Assembly (NCBI GenBank): GCA_046262855.1
Contig: JBHEMB010000433.1
Coordinates: forward strand, 1 to 32,919
DNA from: Mycobacteriales bacterium
GTDB taxonomy: Bacteria > Actinomycetota > Actinomycetes > Mycobacteriales > SCTD01
Direction of reading: 5' to 3'
Length of the DNA: 32,919 bases
In this document: positions 1-8,755 of the stretch, in pieces
Numbering within the stretch: position 1 is the stretch's first letter
Layout of the letters: every line of letters begins with the position of its first letter
Translations under genes and position numbers: made by a program
The notes under the pieces: generated by a model
What the model saw: only the letters and a program-made list of their open reading frames with translations
Databases searched by the model: none
What the model was told of the DNA's origin: nothing

Positions 1-37
1 TGCGAACGCCGGCTGATCCGGCTGGCAGACTGCGAGG

Positions 38-2476
38 GTGAGCCTGCAGCCGGTCGCCGGCGGACCCGACGCGGTCCTCGAGGCGTTCACCGACTGGGTG
101 CCGGTCACGCTGTACCCGGCGCAGGAAGAGGCGCTGCTCGAGCTGCTCGCCGGCAACCACGTCGTGCTGGCGACTCCGACTGGCAGCGGCAAGTCGCTGG
201 TCGCCCTCGGCGCGCACCTCGCGGCCTGGTCGGAGGGGCTGCAGTCGGTCTACACCGCGCCGATCAAGGCGCTCGTCAGCGAGAAGTTCTTCGCGCTCTG
301 CGACGTCTTCGGCGCCGAGAACGTCGGCATGGCCACCGGCGACGCGGCGGTCAACACCGACGCCCCGATCGTCTGCTGCACAGCCGAGGTGCTCGCCAAC
401 CGCGCTCTGCGGCACGGCGCCGAGACCGGCGTCGGGCTGGTCGTCATGGACGAGTTCCACTACTACGGGGACCCCGAGCGCGGCTGGGCCTGGCAGGTAC
501 CCCTGCTCGAGATGACCGGCACCCAGTTCCTGCTCATGTCCGCGACCCTGGGCGACACCAGTGCCATCCGCGAGGACCTGACCCGAAGGACCCGCCGCGA
601 GACGACGGAGGTGGCCCACGCGGAGCGCCCCATCCCGCTGAGCTTCGAGTGGTCTCTCGACCCGCTGCACGAGAAGCTCGAGGAGCTGCTGCAGACCCAC
701 CAGGCACCGATCTACGTCGTACACGCCACCCAGGAGTCAGCCGTCGAGCGGGCGCAGGCCCTGATGTCGGTGAACGTGTGCACCCGCGACGAGAAGGACC
801 AGATCGCCTCGCTGATAGGGAGTTTCCGGTTCACGACCCGCTTCGGCCAGACGCTGTCCCGACTCGTTCGGCACGGCATCGGGGTGCACCACGCCGGCAT
901 GCTCCCGAAGTACCGCCGGCTGGTGGAGACCCTCGCGCAGGCGGGCCTGCTCAAGGTGGTCTGCGGCACCGACACCCTCGGCGTCGGCATCAACGTGCCG
1001 ATCCGGACGGTGCTGTTCACCACCCTGGCCAAGTACGACGGGACGCGCACCCGGCACCTCAAGGCGCGCGAGTTCCACCAGATCGCCGGCCGCGCCGGAC
1101 GGGCCGGCTTCGACACCGCAGGTCTCGTCGTGGTGCAGGCCCCCGACCACGTCATCGAGAACACCCGGGCCCTCGCGAAGTTCGGTGACGACGAGCGCAA
1201 GCGGCGGTCCTACAAGCGGAAGTCGCCCCCGGAGGGCTTCGTCAGCTGGGACGAGAAGACCTTCGAGCGGCTGGTCCACGCCCAGCCCGAGACGCTGACG
1301 AGCCACTTCAAGGTCAGCGCCGCGATGCTGCTGAACGTCGCCGCCCGCGGTCAGCTGTTCAGTGACATGTGGCGGTTGCTCAACGACAACCACGAGCCCC
1401 GCAAGCGGCAGCTGCAACTCATCAGGGAGGACATACGGCTGTACCGCGCCCTGGAGGCCGGTGGCGTCCTGGAGCGGGTCGACCGCCAGGTGCGACTGAC
1501 GGTCGACCTGCCCGAGAACTTCGCCCTCGACCAGCCCCTGGCGCTGTTCGCGCTGGCCGCCCTGGACCTCCTCGATCCCGAGCTGCCGTCGTACCCGCTC
1601 GATGTGGTCTCCGTCGTGGAAGCCACCCTCGAGGATCCCCGGCAGGTGCTCTCCGCGCAGCGCAAGAAGGCACGTGGCGAGGCCGTCGGGCAGATGAAGG
1701 CCGACGGCATCGAGTACGAGGAGCGGATGGAGCTCCTCGAGGAGGTCAGCTACCCCCGGCCGCTCGCGGAGCTGCTCACGGGCGCCTACGAGATCTACCG
1801 GCGGTCGCACCCGTGGGTCCTCGACCACGAGCTCAAGCCGAAGGCGGTCGCGCGCGACCTGTGGGAACGCGCGATGACGTTCAACGAGTACGTCGCGTTC
1901 TACGGGCTGCAGCGCTCCGAGGGCCTGGTCCTGCGGTCGCTGGCCGATGCGTACAAGACGCTGCGCAGGTCGGTGCCGCCGGCGGCCATGACGGAGGAGC
2001 TCGACGAGCTCGTGCACTGGCTCGGCGAGCTCGTGAGGCAGGTCGACTCCTCGCTGCTCGACGAGTGGACGGCGCTGACGAGCGGTACGGCCGTGCCTGA
2101 GGAGCCGCCCGCGGTGACTCGCTCCGATCGGGCCTTCCGGGTCCTGGTCCGCAACGCCATGTGGCGCCGTGTGCACGCCGTCGCCTATGACCGCGCCGAC
2201 CTGCTCAAGGAGCTGGACCCCGAGCTGGACTGGGATACTGCGTTGGACGGCTACTACGCCGACCACTCCCGGGTGGAGCTGGACGCTGCGGCGCGCGGAC
2301 CGGCGTTCTTCCGGCTGACGGGCGACACCGTCGTGCAGGTGCTGGTCGACGAGAACGGCGACCACGACTGGGCGCTGACGGGAACTGTCGACCGCGAGGC
2401 CAGCGACGCCGCGGGCGAGGCCGTGGTGAGGGTCACATCCCTGGCTCCGCTCGGACCCGGTTGGATGGGGTCGTGA
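38..2476 (+). CDS. DEAD/DEAH-box (Ski2-like) helicase with a long C-terminal DUF3516-type region
   Basis: 812-aa ORF. Walker A ATPTGSGKS, DEFH box (VVMDEFHYYGD), SAT motif (LMSATLG) and HHAGMLP/GRAGRAG helicase C motifs are visible. The roughly 400-aa C-terminal extension is typical of actinobacterial DUF3516 helicases. GTG start at 38. Confidence 0.9.
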   Translation: MSLQPVAGGPDAVLEAFTDWVPVTLYPAQEEALLELLAGNHVVLATPTGSGKSLVALGAHLAAWSEGLQSVYTAPIKALVSEKFFALCDVFGAENVGMATGDAAVNTDAPIVCCTAEVLANRALRHGAETGVGLVVMDEFHYYGDPERGWAWQVPLLEMTGTQFLLMSATLGDTSAIREDLTRRTRRETTEVAHAERPIPLSFEWSLDPLHEKLEELLQTHQAPIYVVHATQESAVERAQALMSVNVCTRDEKDQIASLIGSFRFTTRFGQTLSRLVRHGIGVHHAGMLPKYRRLVETLAQAGLLKVVCGTDTLGVGINVPIRTVLFTTLAKYDGTRTRHLKAREFHQIAGRAGRAGFDTAGLVVVQAPDHVIENTRALAKFGDDERKRRSYKRKSPPEGFVSWDEKTFERLVHAQPETLTSHFKVSAAMLLNVAARGQLFSDMWRLLNDNHEPRKRQLQLIREDIRLYRALEAGGVLERVDRQVRLTVDLPENFALDQPLALFALAALDLLDPELPSYPLDVVSVVEATLEDPRQVLSAQRKKARGEAVGQMKADGIEYEERMELLEEVSYPRPLAELLTGAYEIYRRSHPWVLDHELKPKAVARDLWERAMTFNEYVAFYGLQRSEGLVLRSLADAYKTLRRSVPPAAMTEELDELVHWLGELVRQVDSSLLDEWTALTSGTAVPEEPPAVTRSDRAFRVLVRNAMWRRVHAVAYDRADLLKELDPELDWDTALDGYYADHSRVELDAAARGPAFFRLTGDTVVQVLVDENGDHDWALTGTVDREASDAAGEAVVRVTSLAPLGPGWMGS

Positions 2477-2748
2477 GCGACACCCCGCTGTACCAGCAGA
2501 CGCTCAGCGATCTGCTGCAGGCCGGGCGGTCGGGTGTCGAGCGGGCCCAGGCCAAGGCGGCCGAGAAGCAGTTCCGAGCCGAGCATGCCGTCCCTCAGGA
2601 TCGGGTCCGCAGCGACTCGCTCGCTGGTCCTGCCGAACCGGAGGTCGAGCCCGAGGTGCCGCCGGTGCCCTCAATGTCGGAGCTGATGACGCCGACACCA
2701 GGGGTGACGCGCTTCCTCGATGCCCTGCTGGGACCCTCGGACGCGTGA
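2473..2748 (+). CDS. small hypothetical protein (91 aa)
   Basis: GTG at 2473 overlaps the helicase TGA (2474-2476). Its own TGA (2746-2748) overlaps the next GTG. Third-position GC is high. I recognise no family. The track start at 2461 (TTG) is an alternative. Confidence 0.5.
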   Translation: MSDTPLYQQTLSDLLQAGRSGVERAQAKAAEKQFRAEHAVPQDRVRSDSLAGPAEPEVEPEVPPVPSMSELMTPTPGVTRFLDALLGPSDA

Positions 2749-3512
2749 GCAACGCGGCGCAGCGGATCGGCGAGGCGGACCGCGCCGCGCGTGCGGTGTC
2801 CGTGGTGCGTCGGCTCCGGCGCGCGCTGCCGGGTGACCCCGGCTTCGGCGACCCGCTGTCCGCGGCCGGCCGCGACTCGGCCGGTACGGTGGCGCGCATC
2901 GCGGACCGGCTCTTCGACGAGCAGCCCCGGGCCTCACGCGAGGTCGGGCTCGGCGTGCTGCAGGTCTGGCAGGCGTTCGCCGAGCGGTCAGGACGAGGGG
3001 TCGGCGACGCCGAGGTGACGATCCTGTTCACCGACCTGGTCGGGTTCTCCTCGTGGGCCCTGAAGGCCGGCGACGACGCCGCTCTCACGCTGCTGCGAGC
3101 CGTCGCCAAGGCGCTGGAGCCGCCCGTCCTGCAGCACCGCGGCAAGGTCGTGAAGCGGCTCGGCGACGGCCTGATGGCGACCTTTCCCGCGTCGCAGCTC
3201 GGCTTTGACGCGGTGCAGGAGGCCCGGGTCAGGCTGGCCGACGTGGAGGTCGCGGGCCACCGCCCGGTGCTGCGGGCCGCGCTGCACACCGGTCGCCCGA
3301 GGCTGATGGGCGGCGACTACCTCGGGGTGGACGTCAACATCGCGGCTCGGCTGTGCGAGAAGGCGGGTTCCGACGAGGTGCTGGCCAGCGACACCGCCTT
3401 GGCGGGTCTTGACCCGGAGCTCGTGCAGAGCCGCCGGAAGAAGACCTTCGCCTGGACGTCGGTGAAGGGCGTCCCGTCGGACCTCGTCGTCTACGCCGTC
3501 ACCCCGCGCTGA
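2745..3512 (+). CDS. class III adenylate/guanylate cyclase domain protein
   Basis: Cyclase homology domain motifs are present: ILFTDLVGFS (metal Asp), KRLGDGLMATF (second Asp), RAALHTGRP and GVDVNIAARL. An N-terminal region of about 85 aa has no recognisable domain. Confidence 0.85.
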   Translation: MSNAAQRIGEADRAARAVSVVRRLRRALPGDPGFGDPLSAAGRDSAGTVARIADRLFDEQPRASREVGLGVLQVWQAFAERSGRGVGDAEVTILFTDLVGFSSWALKAGDDAALTLLRAVAKALEPPVLQHRGKVVKRLGDGLMATFPASQLGFDAVQEARVRLADVEVAGHRPVLRAALHTGRPRLMGGDYLGVDVNIAARLCEKAGSDEVLASDTALAGLDPELVQSRRKKTFAWTSVKGVPSDLVVYAVTPR

Positions 3513-3521
3513 CCGCCGTAC

Positions 3522-3570
3522 CCCCCTCCTTGCGTCCGCTCGCGAGGGTCGAGCGGACGCAAGGGAGGAG
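3522..3570. terminator. bidirectional stem-loop between convergent genes
   Basis: Perfect 15-bp arms ccttgcgtccgctcg (3528-3542) and cgagcggacgcaagg (3550-3564) with a 7-nt loop. The flanking C/G runs extend the stem. It sits between the cyclase stop (3512) and the SBP stop (3573). Confidence 0.6.
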
Positions 3571-3572
3571 GG

Positions 3573-4610
3573 CTACTTCGCGGCGTCGACGAACTTCGTG
3601 GTGAACGTCTTCGACAGGTCGATGCTGGACTCCTTGCCCTGCACCGCGGGGTTGAAGGTGCCGAGCACCTTCAGCACGGTGGCGGGGCCGTCGGCCGGCA
3701 TCACGCCGTCAGCGGTGAACATCGGCTTGGTGTCACCGACCGCCTTCGCGTAGAGCGCCGGGTCGTCGCCCTTGAAGTCGGCCGGCATCTTCGCGGCGAT
3801 GTCCGCAGCGGAGTGGGTGCTCATCCAGCCGAGCGTCTTGACGAAGGCGTTCGCGAGCTTCTGGACGGTGGCGCTGTTCTTGCTGACCCAGCCGCAGTCC
3901 ATGTAGAGCGAGCTCGAGGGGTAGGCGCCGCCGAGGGCGGCCTCGCTGCCGGCTTCGGTGCGCATGTCGACGAGCACCTTCGCGGCCCCACTCGACACGA
4001 GCTTCGCGACGGTCGGGTCAGTGGTCATGCCGGCGTCGATGGCCCCCTGGTCGAGGGCGGAGATGAACGTCGTACCCGCTCCGGCCTTGACCGTCGTGTA
4101 GTCGGAGTCCTTGACGCCGTTGCGCACCGCCAGGGCACGCGTCAGGAAGTCGGTCGAGGAGCCGGGGCTCGTGACGCCGAGCTTCTTGCCCTTCATGTCG
4201 GCGAAGCCCTTGAGAGTCGCCGCCTTCTTGGTCGACACGACCTCGACCTCTCCCGGGGCCTTCGACATCTGCACGACGCTGGTGAGGCACTTGCCCTGCG
4301 GCTGAAGGGCAATGGTGTGGTCGTAGAAGCCGACGACGCCCTGGACCTGACCGGCCAGCAGCACGTTCTCGGCCTGGGCGCCGGCGGGCTCGGAAAGCAG
4401 CTGCACGTCGACACCGGCGTCCTTGAAGTAGCCGAGCTGCTCGGTGAGCTTGGCCGGCAGGTAGATCACCTTGTCGATGCCGCCGACCATGATCTTGACG
4501 CTGGGGGTGCCGCCCGAGGCCGAGCTGGCCTGCGAGTTCTGGCAGCCGGTGAGGGCGGCCGCTGCGGCCACGAGGGCAGCAGCGGTGGGCAGGATGCGGG
4601 ACGTGCGCAT
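3573..4610 (-). CDS. ABC transporter substrate-binding lipoprotein (NitT/TauT, aliphatic sulfonate/nitrate/taurine-like family)
   Basis: The ORF has a lipoprotein signal MRTSRILPTAAALVAAAAALTGC (lipobox LTGC). AAGGAA lies 7 nt upstream of the ATG at 4610. The track start at 4634 is an alternative. It is last in the operon with the permease and ATPase. Confidence 0.85.
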   Translation of the reverse strand: MRTSRILPTAAALVAAAAALTGCQNSQASSASGGTPSVKIMVGGIDKVIYLPAKLTEQLGYFKDAGVDVQLLSEPAGAQAENVLLAGQVQGVVGFYDHTIALQPQGKCLTSVVQMSKAPGEVEVVSTKKAATLKGFADMKGKKLGVTSPGSSTDFLTRALAVRNGVKDSDYTTVKAGAGTTFISALDQGAIDAGMTTDPTVAKLVSSGAAKVLVDMRTEAGSEAALGGAYPSSSLYMDCGWVSKNSATVQKLANAFVKTLGWMSTHSAADIAAKMPADFKGDDPALYAKAVGDTKPMFTADGVMPADGPATVLKVLGTFNPAVQGKESSIDLSKTFTTKFVDAAK

Positions 4611-4630
4611 GGCAGGGTTCCTTTGGTTGG

Positions 4631-5485
4631 TCATGCCGAGAGCTCGGCGTGGGAGGACTGCGGACGCCAGGAGAGGAGGCGCCGCTCGAGGCGGGTGAGG
4701 GCGAGCTCGGCGACAAGGGCGATGACCGTCGTGATGATCATTCCCGCGTAGATGCCGGCGGCGTTGAACGTGCCCTGGGCGTTGTTGATGAGCAGACCGA
4801 GGCCCCGGTCCGCGCCGGTGAACTCGCCCACGATGGCTCCGATGAGGGCGAAGCCGAAGGCCGTGTGCAGGCTGGCGAGGATCCAGGAGGTCGCGCTCGG
4901 GAGCACGATGCTGGTCAGCACCTGACGGCGGCTGGCGCCGAGGATGCGGGCGTTGTCGACAAGCGTCTTGTCGACCTCGCGGGCGCCCTGGAAGGCGTTG
5001 AAGAACACGGCGAAGAAGACGAGTACGACGGCAGTGGCGACCTTCGACGACATGCCGAGGCCGAACCAGATGACGAACAGCGACGCGAGCACGATGCGCG
5101 GGATCGCGTTGGCTGCCTTGATGAAGGGCGCGCAGACCTCGGCGGTGAACCGGCTGCGGCCGAGCAGGATGCCGAGGACGATCCCGAGCAGTGAGCCGAG
5201 GAAGAACCCGGCCACCGCCTCCTGCAGGGTGACCGAGATCTGCTCCCAGATCGAGCCCTGCGAGGTCCCGTCGGTGAACCAGGTGACGAGCTGACGCCAG
5301 ATGGCGCTCGGCTTCGAGTAGAAGAACGGGTCGATCCAGTGGCTGGCGGCCAGCTCCCAGCTGCCGAGCCAGAACACGACGAGCGCGACCCGGACGGCGA
5401 GCACCTTGCTCCGGCGGCGCGACCGCCGCATCGGGACCGGCGTGGCCACGGGGGTGCTGGCCAGCGGCAGCGTGGTGGTTGTCAT
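4631..5485 (-). CDS. ABC transporter permease (NitT/TauT family)
   Basis: Multi-TM protein with the binding-protein-dependent permease signature region (ILGASRRQVLTSIVLPSA). GAGGAG lies 6 nt upstream of the ATG at 5485. The track start at 5533 is probably an extension. Confidence 0.85.
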   Translation of the reverse strand: MTTTTLPLASTPVATPVPMRRSRRRSKVLAVRVALVVFWLGSWELAASHWIDPFFYSKPSAIWRQLVTWFTDGTSQGSIWEQISVTLQEAVAGFFLGSLLGIVLGILLGRSRFTAEVCAPFIKAANAIPRIVLASLFVIWFGLGMSSKVATAVVLVFFAVFFNAFQGAREVDKTLVDNARILGASRRQVLTSIVLPSATSWILASLHTAFGFALIGAIVGEFTGADRGLGLLINNAQGTFNAAGIYAGMIITTVIALVAELALTRLERRLLSWRPQSSHAELSA

Positions 5486-5516
5486 GGTGGTCTCCTCGCG
5501 GGTCGGGGTCAGCAGG

Positions 5517-6329
5517 TCAGGCGACACGGGCACCTCGCGTCCTGGTCAGCTCGACCTCGTCGCGCAGGGAGTTCCAGATCCGCCGGTAGAGGTCGGTGAA
5601 GGCCGGCGTCAGGCGGATCTCTTCGACGCTGCGCGGCCGCGGCAGGTCCACGGCGACGACGTCCTTGACGGTTGCGGGCCCGGCGGTCATGACGACGACG
5701 GTGTCGGCGAGGGCGATCGCCTCGGTGAGGTCGTGGGTCACGAAGACGACGGCGGCGCCGCTGCCGGCCCACAGGTCGAGCAGCATGTCCTGCACGTACT
5801 CGCGGGTCTGCACGTCGAGCGCCCCGAAGGGCTCGTCCATGAGCAGCACCTGCGGCTCGTTGATGAGCGTCTGGGCCAGGGCGACGCGCTTGCGCATGCC
5901 GCCGGACAGCTGGTGGGGGTGGTAGCCCTCGAAGCCGGTGAGGCCGACCTTCGCGACCCACTCCCGGGCCTTGTCGCGGGCCTCGGCCTTGTCGACGCCG
6001 CGGTAGCGCGGGCCGGCAGCGACGTTGTCGAGCACGGTCCGCCACGGGAGCACCGCGTCGGTCTGGAACATGTAGCCCAGGCCGTCAGGGATGCCGGCGA
6101 CCGGCTTGCCGTGGACGGTGACCGCACCCGTGGTGGCCGGGTGCAGGCCGGAGATCAGCGAGAGGGTCGTGGACTTGCCGCAGCCGGTCGGGCCGACCAC
6201 GGAGACGAACTCCCCGGGCCGGACGACGAGGTCGACGTCGGAGATGGCGGTGTAGCTGCCGGTGCTGGTGACGAAGGTCTTGCTCGCGCCGACCAGCTCG
6301 ATCGCGGGTGCTTGAGCAGTGGAGGTCAT
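5517..6329 (-). CDS. ABC transporter ATP-binding protein (NitT/TauT family)
   Basis: Walker A GPTGCGKST, ABC signature LSGGMRKRV, Walker B LLMDEPFGALD and an H-loop (FVTHD) are present. Confidence 0.9.
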   Translation of the reverse strand: MTSTAQAPAIELVGASKTFVTSTGSYTAISDVDLVVRPGEFVSVVGPTGCGKSTTLSLISGLHPATTGAVTVHGKPVAGIPDGLGYMFQTDAVLPWRTVLDNVAAGPRYRGVDKAEARDKAREWVAKVGLTGFEGYHPHQLSGGMRKRVALAQTLINEPQVLLMDEPFGALDVQTREYVQDMLLDLWAGSGAAVVFVTHDLTEAIALADTVVVMTAGPATVKDVVAVDLPRPRSVEEIRLTPAFTDLYRRIWNSLRDEVELTRTRGARVA

Positions 6330-6454
6330 GGCGGAGCAACGTAGGTGTGACGTGCGCCACCGGGAACCCTTGTGGCGCTTGTGTGAACAGCCCGCGTAGT
6401 GAGCGTTTCGCTCTTTCTGCTCAGGAGGGCTCCGCGGGCGCTGGCGGGCCTACC

Positions 6455-8056
6455 GTGCGGGGCGTGAGACGAAGGCTGAAGGTCACCACGCAGGCGCTGC
6501 TGCTGATGGTCGTCGTCCTGGTGCTCGTGCTCGGTGCGGGTTTCGCGTGCGTCGCGTGGCTGCTGAGCTCGGAGCTGGACACCCAGTACGAGCAACGCGC
6601 CCTCGGCATCGCCCGCAGCGTGGCGGCAGATCCGGCGTACGCGCACGACATCGTCGCCGCACCACCCTCGGTGGAGGGCGACGCGCAGCAGCGGGCCGAG
6701 CAGGTGCGCCGTCGTACTGGCGCCTTGTTCGTCGTCGTCACCGACAACCGCGGCATCCGGTACTCGCACCCGAACCGGTCTCTCGTAGGGCAGCGGGTGA
6801 GCACCGACCCGTCGGAGGCACTGGCGGGCCGGGAGGTCGTGGCGCTGCAGCGCGGCACCCTCGGGCTGTCGGCCCGCGGCAAGGTGCCGTTGCGGGACAG
6901 CTCAGGCGCGATCGTCGGCGAGGCGAGCGTCGGCATCGACGCGCGCGCGATCCACCAGCGGCTGATGCAGCTGCTGCGCGGCGCCGCCGCGTTCGGGGTG
7001 CTCGCGCTGCTGGCCGGTGGCGCGGGGGCGGTGTGGCTGGCCCGTCGCCTGAAGCGGCAGACCCTCGGCCTCGAGCCCACCGAGCTGAGCGAGCTGGTCA
7101 GGGAGCACGAGGCGGTGCTGCACGGCGTCCAGGACGGCGTCGTCTCCGTGGACCGCAACGGCCGGGTGGGCATGGCGAACGGGTCGGCGCGGGAGCTGCT
7201 CGGCCCGGGTCTGCTTCCCGGGGCAGCGGCTGCCGACGTACTGCCGGCTCGGCTGGCGGACCTCGTGCGGCAGCGTTCGGAGACGACGGAGGACCTGGTG
7301 CTCGCGGGGGAGCGCGCGCTCGCCGTGACCTTGCGGGTCGTGGAGCGCGACGGCCGCGACCTCGGAGCGGTGCTGACCTTGCGCGACCGCACCCACCTGG
7401 AGGATCTGGGCCGCGAGCTCGACACGGTGCGCGCGCTCTTCGACGCGCTGCGGGCCCAGTCGCACGAGTACACGAACCGGCTGCACACCCTCGCCGGCCT
7501 GTTGCAGCTCGGGCACGTGGCGGAGGCGCAGGACTACCTGCAGGAGCTCAGCGACGACCCGGTGGCGGACGGCGGCCGGCTGCGGGACCCGTACGTGCGT
7601 GGGCTGCTCGCGGCCAAGGCAGCGGCTGCGTCCGAGCGCGGCGTGCAGCTCCGGCTGACGGAGGGCAGCGAGCTCGGCGCGGCGCTCACGGCTCCGCTCG
7701 ACACGGTCACGATCCTCGGCAACCTCGTCGACAACGCGGTCCGGGCCGCGGCGGCCGGTAGCCGGCGGCCGGCCTGGGTCGACGTCGCCCTGGCACTGGA
7801 CGGCGACACCCTCAACATGGCGGTCTCGGACAGCGGCGACGGAGTGGGTGAGGGGTCGGCCGAGCGGGTCTTCGAGGACGGCTGGACGACGGCGGCGGAG
7901 GACGGCCGGCCGCACGGGCTCGGCCTCGCGCTGGCCAGGCTCGCGGCCCGCCGGCACGGCGGCGAGGTGCGGCTCGTGGCCGCGTCCGGTCCCGACCACG
8001 GGGCGGTCTTCGCCGCCGAGCTCCGGCACGCGGTCGGGCTGGTGGGTGCCCCGTGA
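6455..8056 (+). CDS. sensor histidine kinase, CitA/DcuS-like
   Basis: TM helix, extracytoplasmic PAS/Cache-like domain, second TM helix, cytoplasmic PAS, phospho-acceptor region (RAQSHEYTNRLHTLAGLLQLG) and HATPase_c motifs (GNLVDNAVRAA, SDSGDGV, GLGLALA). The start is probably the in-frame GTG at 6455 or 6464. The track start at 6308 overlaps the divergent ATPase gene. Confidence 0.85.
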   Translation: MRGVRRRLKVTTQALLLMVVVLVLVLGAGFACVAWLLSSELDTQYEQRALGIARSVAADPAYAHDIVAAPPSVEGDAQQRAEQVRRRTGALFVVVTDNRGIRYSHPNRSLVGQRVSTDPSEALAGREVVALQRGTLGLSARGKVPLRDSSGAIVGEASVGIDARAIHQRLMQLLRGAAAFGVLALLAGGAGAVWLARRLKRQTLGLEPTELSELVREHEAVLHGVQDGVVSVDRNGRVGMANGSARELLGPGLLPGAAAADVLPARLADLVRQRSETTEDLVLAGERALAVTLRVVERDGRDLGAVLTLRDRTHLEDLGRELDTVRALFDALRAQSHEYTNRLHTLAGLLQLGHVAEAQDYLQELSDDPVADGGRLRDPYVRGLLAAKAAAASERGVQLRLTEGSELGAALTAPLDTVTILGNLVDNAVRAAAAGSRRPAWVDVALALDGDTLNMAVSDSGDGVGEGSAERVFEDGWTTAAEDGRPHGLGLALARLAARRHGGEVRLVAASGPDHGAVFAAELRHAVGLVGAP

Positions 8057-8718
8057 TGCGGGTGCTCGTCGTCGACGACGACTTCCGGGTGGCCGAGCTG
8101 CACGCCCAGTTCGTCCGCGCCGTCCAGGGCTTCGAGGTCGTGGGCGTCGCTCACACGGCAGCCGCCGCGCGGTCGGCCGCCGAGGAGCTGAAGCCCGACC
8201 TCGTGCTGCTCGACATGTACCTACCGGACGGCCTCGGCAGCGACCTGGTGCCTGAGCTCGGCTGCGACGTCATGATGATCACGGCAGCGTCCGACGCGGC
8301 ATCGGTCCGGTCGGCCCTCGGCCGCGGAGCGGTGAACTACCTCGTCAAGCCGTTCACCCGCAACGACCTCGCGGACCGGCTGCGGGCGTATGCCAAGTTC
8401 CGCGAGACCGTGGCGGGGGAGCGCTCACTGGCGCAGGTGGACATCGACCGCGCCGTCAGGGTGCTGCGCGAGGGCGACACCGTCGGTGGTGCCGTCCGCA
8501 AGGGGCGGTCGCCGCAGACCGCCGCCCTCGTGGTCGACCTGCTGCGCGCGGCGGCGGAGGCTCTCACCGCGCAGGACGTCGCGACCGCCCTCGGGATCTC
8601 GCGGCCGACGGCGCAGCGCTACCTCGCCGACCTCTCCGACGACGGCCGCGTCACGGTGTCCCTGAGGTACGGCACGACCGGCCGCCCCGAGCACCGCTAC
8701 ACCTGGACGACTCGCTAG
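8053..8718 (+). CDS. response regulator, CitB/DcuR-like (REC plus C-terminal HTH)
   Basis: Receiver motifs VLVVDDD and the LLDMYLPDG phospho-Asp region, then KPF, then a C-terminal HTH (LTAQDVATALGISRPTAQRYL). GTG 8053 or ATG 8056 overlaps the kinase stop at 8054-8056. Confidence 0.9.
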   Translation: MMRVLVVDDDFRVAELHAQFVRAVQGFEVVGVAHTAAAARSAAEELKPDLVLLDMYLPDGLGSDLVPELGCDVMMITAASDAASVRSALGRGAVNYLVKPFTRNDLADRLRAYAKFRETVAGERSLAQVDIDRAVRVLREGDTVGGAVRKGRSPQTAALVVDLLRAAAEALTAQDVATALGISRPTAQRYLADLSDDGRVTVSLRYGTTGRPEHRYTWTTR

Positions 8719-8755
8719 CGAGCCGAGGTGTGCGGGCCGGAGCGGGCGCCGGAGG

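Noticed and set aside
737-2365. 542-aa minus-strand ORF antisense to the helicase, plus several shorter ORFs in the same span.
   Set aside because: Its Arg/Gly/Pro/Val-rich composition is typical of the antisense frame of a high-GC gene. The plus-strand ORF has clear helicase motifs.
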